Translations under genes and position numbers: made by a program
The notes under the pieces: model-generated
Seen by the model: only the letters and a program-made list of their open reading frames with translations
What the model was told of the DNA's origin: nothing
Databases searched by the model: none
Shown here: positions 61,487 to 64,000 of the stretch, piece after piece
Layout of the letters: each line of letters opens with the position of its first letter
How positions within the stretch are numbered: position 1 is the stretch's first letter
NCBI GenBank assembly: GCA_021733985.1
Contig: JAIPJT010000004.1
Span: 2,923-66,922 of the forward strand
Length of the DNA: 64,000 nucleotides
From: Victivallales bacterium
GTDB lineage: Bacteria; Verrucomicrobiota; Lentisphaeria; Victivallales; GWF2-38-69
Direction of reading: 5' to 3'

Positions 61487-62674
61487 ATGCAACACCTGGC
61501 ATTTATTCACGATTCGTTTGGAATTGCGGCAGTTTTAATAACAGTTCCGGCTGTAATTTTTTCATTGGCATCACATTCAAAATTTGCAAAGTTTTTCTCT
61601 ATAGTTCCGCCGCTGGTTTTTGCGTACTTCGTGCCTACCTTGCTTGCCACACTAAATATCATACCCAGTCAGCATGAAACTTATTCCTATATCAAAAGTT
61701 ATATTTTACCAGCAAGTTTACTTCTGCTAACTATTTCCGTTGACTTAAAAGGAATTTTCAAACTCGGCTTTAAAGCAGTATTTATGCTTATAGCTGCAAC
61801 TTTCGGTATTGTAATAGGCGGTCCGATTGCTTTTTTCTTCTTTAAAAACGGTTTACCGCCCGATGCCTGGAAAGGTTTTGCTGCGCTTGCCGGATCCTGG
61901 ATTGGAGGCGGCGCCAACTTTATAGCTGTAGGTAATTCTGTCGGTACACCGGATTCTATTATGGGGATGATGGTAATTGTAGACGTTTTGACAGCAAATA
62001 TATGGACTGGTATTCTACTTTATCTTACAGGCCGGGAGAAACAGATAGACGGCTTTATGAAAGCGGACAGTTCTGCTATTCAGGATTTAAAAGATAAGAT
62101 GGTCAATTTTCAGGAGGAAACAAAGAGGATTGCTACAACAAAAGATTATATGGTAATGGTATCGATGGCATTTCTTTGTACATGGATAGCTGCCCAGCTT
62201 GGAAACCTACTTCCCGAACTGGGAAGTGTAATTTCGCATGGTACATGGAAAATTATACTGATAACAACTATCGGTGTAATTTTCTCTTTTACTCCTATCA
62301 GGAATTTTGAAGGAGCAGGAGCGTCAAAGATCGGTACATTATTCTTGTATATTCTTATCGGTACAATCGGGGCGAATGCAGATGTAATAAAAGTTTTTAC
62401 ATATCCCTATTTATTTTTTACAGGGGTTGTATGGATATTAATACACATTTCTATAATTACTATAGCGATGTGGCTAATAAGAGCTCCTCTGTTTTTCATG
62501 GCTGTCGGCTCACAGGCCAATATCGGCGGTGCAGCATCTGCGCCTATTGTTGCATCTGCTTTCCATCCGGCCCTGGCTACTGTTGGTGTTATGATGGGGA
62601 TAGCAGGTTACGTCCTCGGGACATATTGTGCTCTGCTGTGTGCTGCATTAATCCAGTGGGTAAATACAATGTGA
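61487..62674 (+). CDS. DUF819 family membrane protein, tandem paralogue
   Basis: LAGSWIGGGAN, GSQANIGGAASAP; colinear similarity to the upstream gene. Confidence 0.88.
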   Translation: MQHLAFIHDSFGIAAVLITVPAVIFSLASHSKFAKFFSIVPPLVFAYFVPTLLATLNIIPSQHETYSYIKSYILPASLLLLTISVDLKGIFKLGFKAVFMLIAATFGIVIGGPIAFFFFKNGLPPDAWKGFAALAGSWIGGGANFIAVGNSVGTPDSIMGMMVIVDVLTANIWTGILLYLTGREKQIDGFMKADSSAIQDLKDKMVNFQEETKRIATTKDYMVMVSMAFLCTWIAAQLGNLLPELGSVISHGTWKIILITTIGVIFSFTPIRNFEGAGASKIGTLFLYILIGTIGANADVIKVFTYPYLFFTGVVWILIHISIITIAMWLIRAPLFFMAVGSQANIGGAASAPIVASAFHPALATVGVMMGIAGYVLGTYCALLCAALIQWVNTM

Positions 62675-62701
62675 TTGATGTTTAACTATACAAAAGCCGA
62701 T

Positions 62702-63184
62702 TTAATTTTTTCTGATGAGAAGGATGTTTGCAAATACAGCAATACCTTCTCCACGTCCACAGAACCCCATTTTTTCAGTTGTTTTAGCTTTAACCGAAAT
62801 TTTTTCTTCTGATAGTGATAAAGCATCAGCAAGAGAGTACTGAATTTCGTTTATGTAATTGGTGAGTTTTGGCTTTTCTGCTATTACAGTTGTGTCGAGG
62901 TTGCATATATTATATTCTGAAACTTTTTTCGACTGAAGAACGGTTTTAAGTAAATAAAGACTATTGATATTTTTATATTTTCTGTCACTGTCAGGGAACC
63001 AGTTTCCTATATTCCCCCTTGAAAGACCTCCCAGTATGGAATCAATAACAGCATGTGTCAGTACATCGGCGTCACTGTGTCCGGCTAAACCGTATTCGTA
63101 GGGGATTTTTACTCCTCCTAAGATCAGCGGGGGGGTTTTTTTAAATCTGTGTGCATCAAATCCCTGTCCAATTCTTATATCCAT
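62702..63184 (-). CDS. ispF: 2-C-methyl-D-erythritol 2,4-cyclodiphosphate synthase
   Basis: RIGQGFDAH, GHSDADV, VKAKTTEKMG. Confidence 0.96.
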   Translation of the reverse strand: MDIRIGQGFDAHRFKKTPPLILGGVKIPYEYGLAGHSDADVLTHAVIDSILGGLSRGNIGNWFPDSDRKYKNINSLYLLKTVLQSKKVSEYNICNLDTTVIAEKPKLTNYINEIQYSLADALSLSEEKISVKAKTTEKMGFCGRGEGIAVFANILLIRKN

Positions 63185-63263
63185 GTAATAATTTTTTAAA
63201 AACTCCTGATATAGCTTGCTGTTATATATTTATATTAATAGTTTGACCCGGATGATATAAGAC

Positions 63264-63779
63264 CTACCAACCTTCTGCACATCTCCAAACGACTTTTTCT
63301 GCTGCGTCTCTGCATGCCTGGCGTATGCCCTGAGAGCGCGCGGGAAAAAGATCAACAGGCACCTGGAACTGTGCATTGCCTGAAACACTTGTAGATGGAA
63401 CAGCGGGCGTTGCTCTTCCGGGTATTATTAAAACATACTGGAAGGTGACTGTTGCACCGAATTCATTAGTCTGAAAAGTTACAGCGTTAGGACTTGTCAT
63501 TATATTCTGTGCGGTTATATCAATAGTGGTTATCTGTCCGTATAAAATCGCGTCGGCATTTTTCATATTTGTTATTTTATATGTGCCGTCGACTTGAAAA
63601 CGTTCAGCAAGTTTCTGTTTCATATAAGTTGCGGCAAAAGCTGAATTGGTTTCATTTTTTATTGGTGCAATTGCTATGCTTTTAAATTGCGGGTTACCTA
63701 CAGTCCCTAGTTGATAACCGCAGCCAGCTAATAATAAAAGTGTAATGAGTAAAAAGGATTTTAGTAAAACTTGATACAT
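63264..63779 (-). CDS. lptE: LPS assembly lipoprotein LptE family
   Basis: Lipobox LAGCGYQLG, IAIAPIKNET, ADAILYGQI, C-terminal W. Confidence 0.75.
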   Translation of the reverse strand: MYQVLLKSFLLITLLLLAGCGYQLGTVGNPQFKSIAIAPIKNETNSAFAATYMKQKLAERFQVDGTYKITNMKNADAILYGQITTIDITAQNIMTSPNAVTFQTNEFGATVTFQYVLIIPGRATPAVPSTSVSGNAQFQVPVDLFPARSQGIRQACRDAAEKVVWRCAEGW

Positions 63780-63801
63780 TTTATTCCTTAATTAAAAATT
63801 G

Positions 63802-63999
63802 TTAAAGATTATTTCTGTATTTTTTCTGAAGTATTTTTTCCTGATTTAAACCGAGATTTTTAATCGGTACCAGCCATTTCCCGCCGCTGTTTTCCGGAAT
63901 AACAACTATAGAATCTTCATCGTCGCTTTGAGGGAGCTGGTAGAGGCCGTATTTAGATTTCTTTTTACGGGGGGGGATTTTTGAAATTGGATATAGAGG
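63802..63999 (-). CDS. C-terminal fragment of an unidentified protein running off the window
   Basis: Open frame PLYPISKIPP...KWLVPIKNLG...NNL* ending 23 bp upstream of lptE. Confidence 0.55.
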   Translation of the reverse strand, partial: PLYPISKIPPRKKKSKYGLYQLPQSDDEDSIVVIPENSGGKWLVPIKNLGLNQEKILQKKYRNNL

Positions 64000-64000
64000 C

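Overview
Low-GC bacterial chromosome window; gene content (V/A-ATPase order E-C-A-B-D-I-K, DUF2851, lptE, stand-alone nifU) suggests an anaerobe of the PVC group such as Lentisphaerae, by inference only. Housekeeping genes: panG-like/panBCD, rpsO-pnp, aspC, pyrH, V/A-ATPase, nifU, lgt, dxs, trpG/pabA, tsaB, cobS, ispF, lptE. Accessory content: a 1524-aa secreted chitinase with two GH18 domains, and a B12-dependent lysine/beta-lysine fermentation operon of the Kat (aminotransferase, no Kal) type. That operon has an MFS transporter and an amidohydrolase inserted, while kamA sits outside it. Three paralogous XRE-HTH + PAS regulators each lie head-to-head with a metabolic operon. Other candidates for new biology: an acylating aldehyde dehydrogenase homologue lacking its catalytic Cys placed before an anti-anti-sigma/anti-sigma pair, a tail-anchored disordered protein with about 11 KT(I/L)KLK motifs, a CXXC-less TlpA-TPR protein, and nested miniature mobile elements (a 177-bp MITE with a 10-bp target duplication inside a second dispersed repeat). 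No rRNA, tRNA or CRISPR array was seen. All family assignments come from motif recognition, not database searches.
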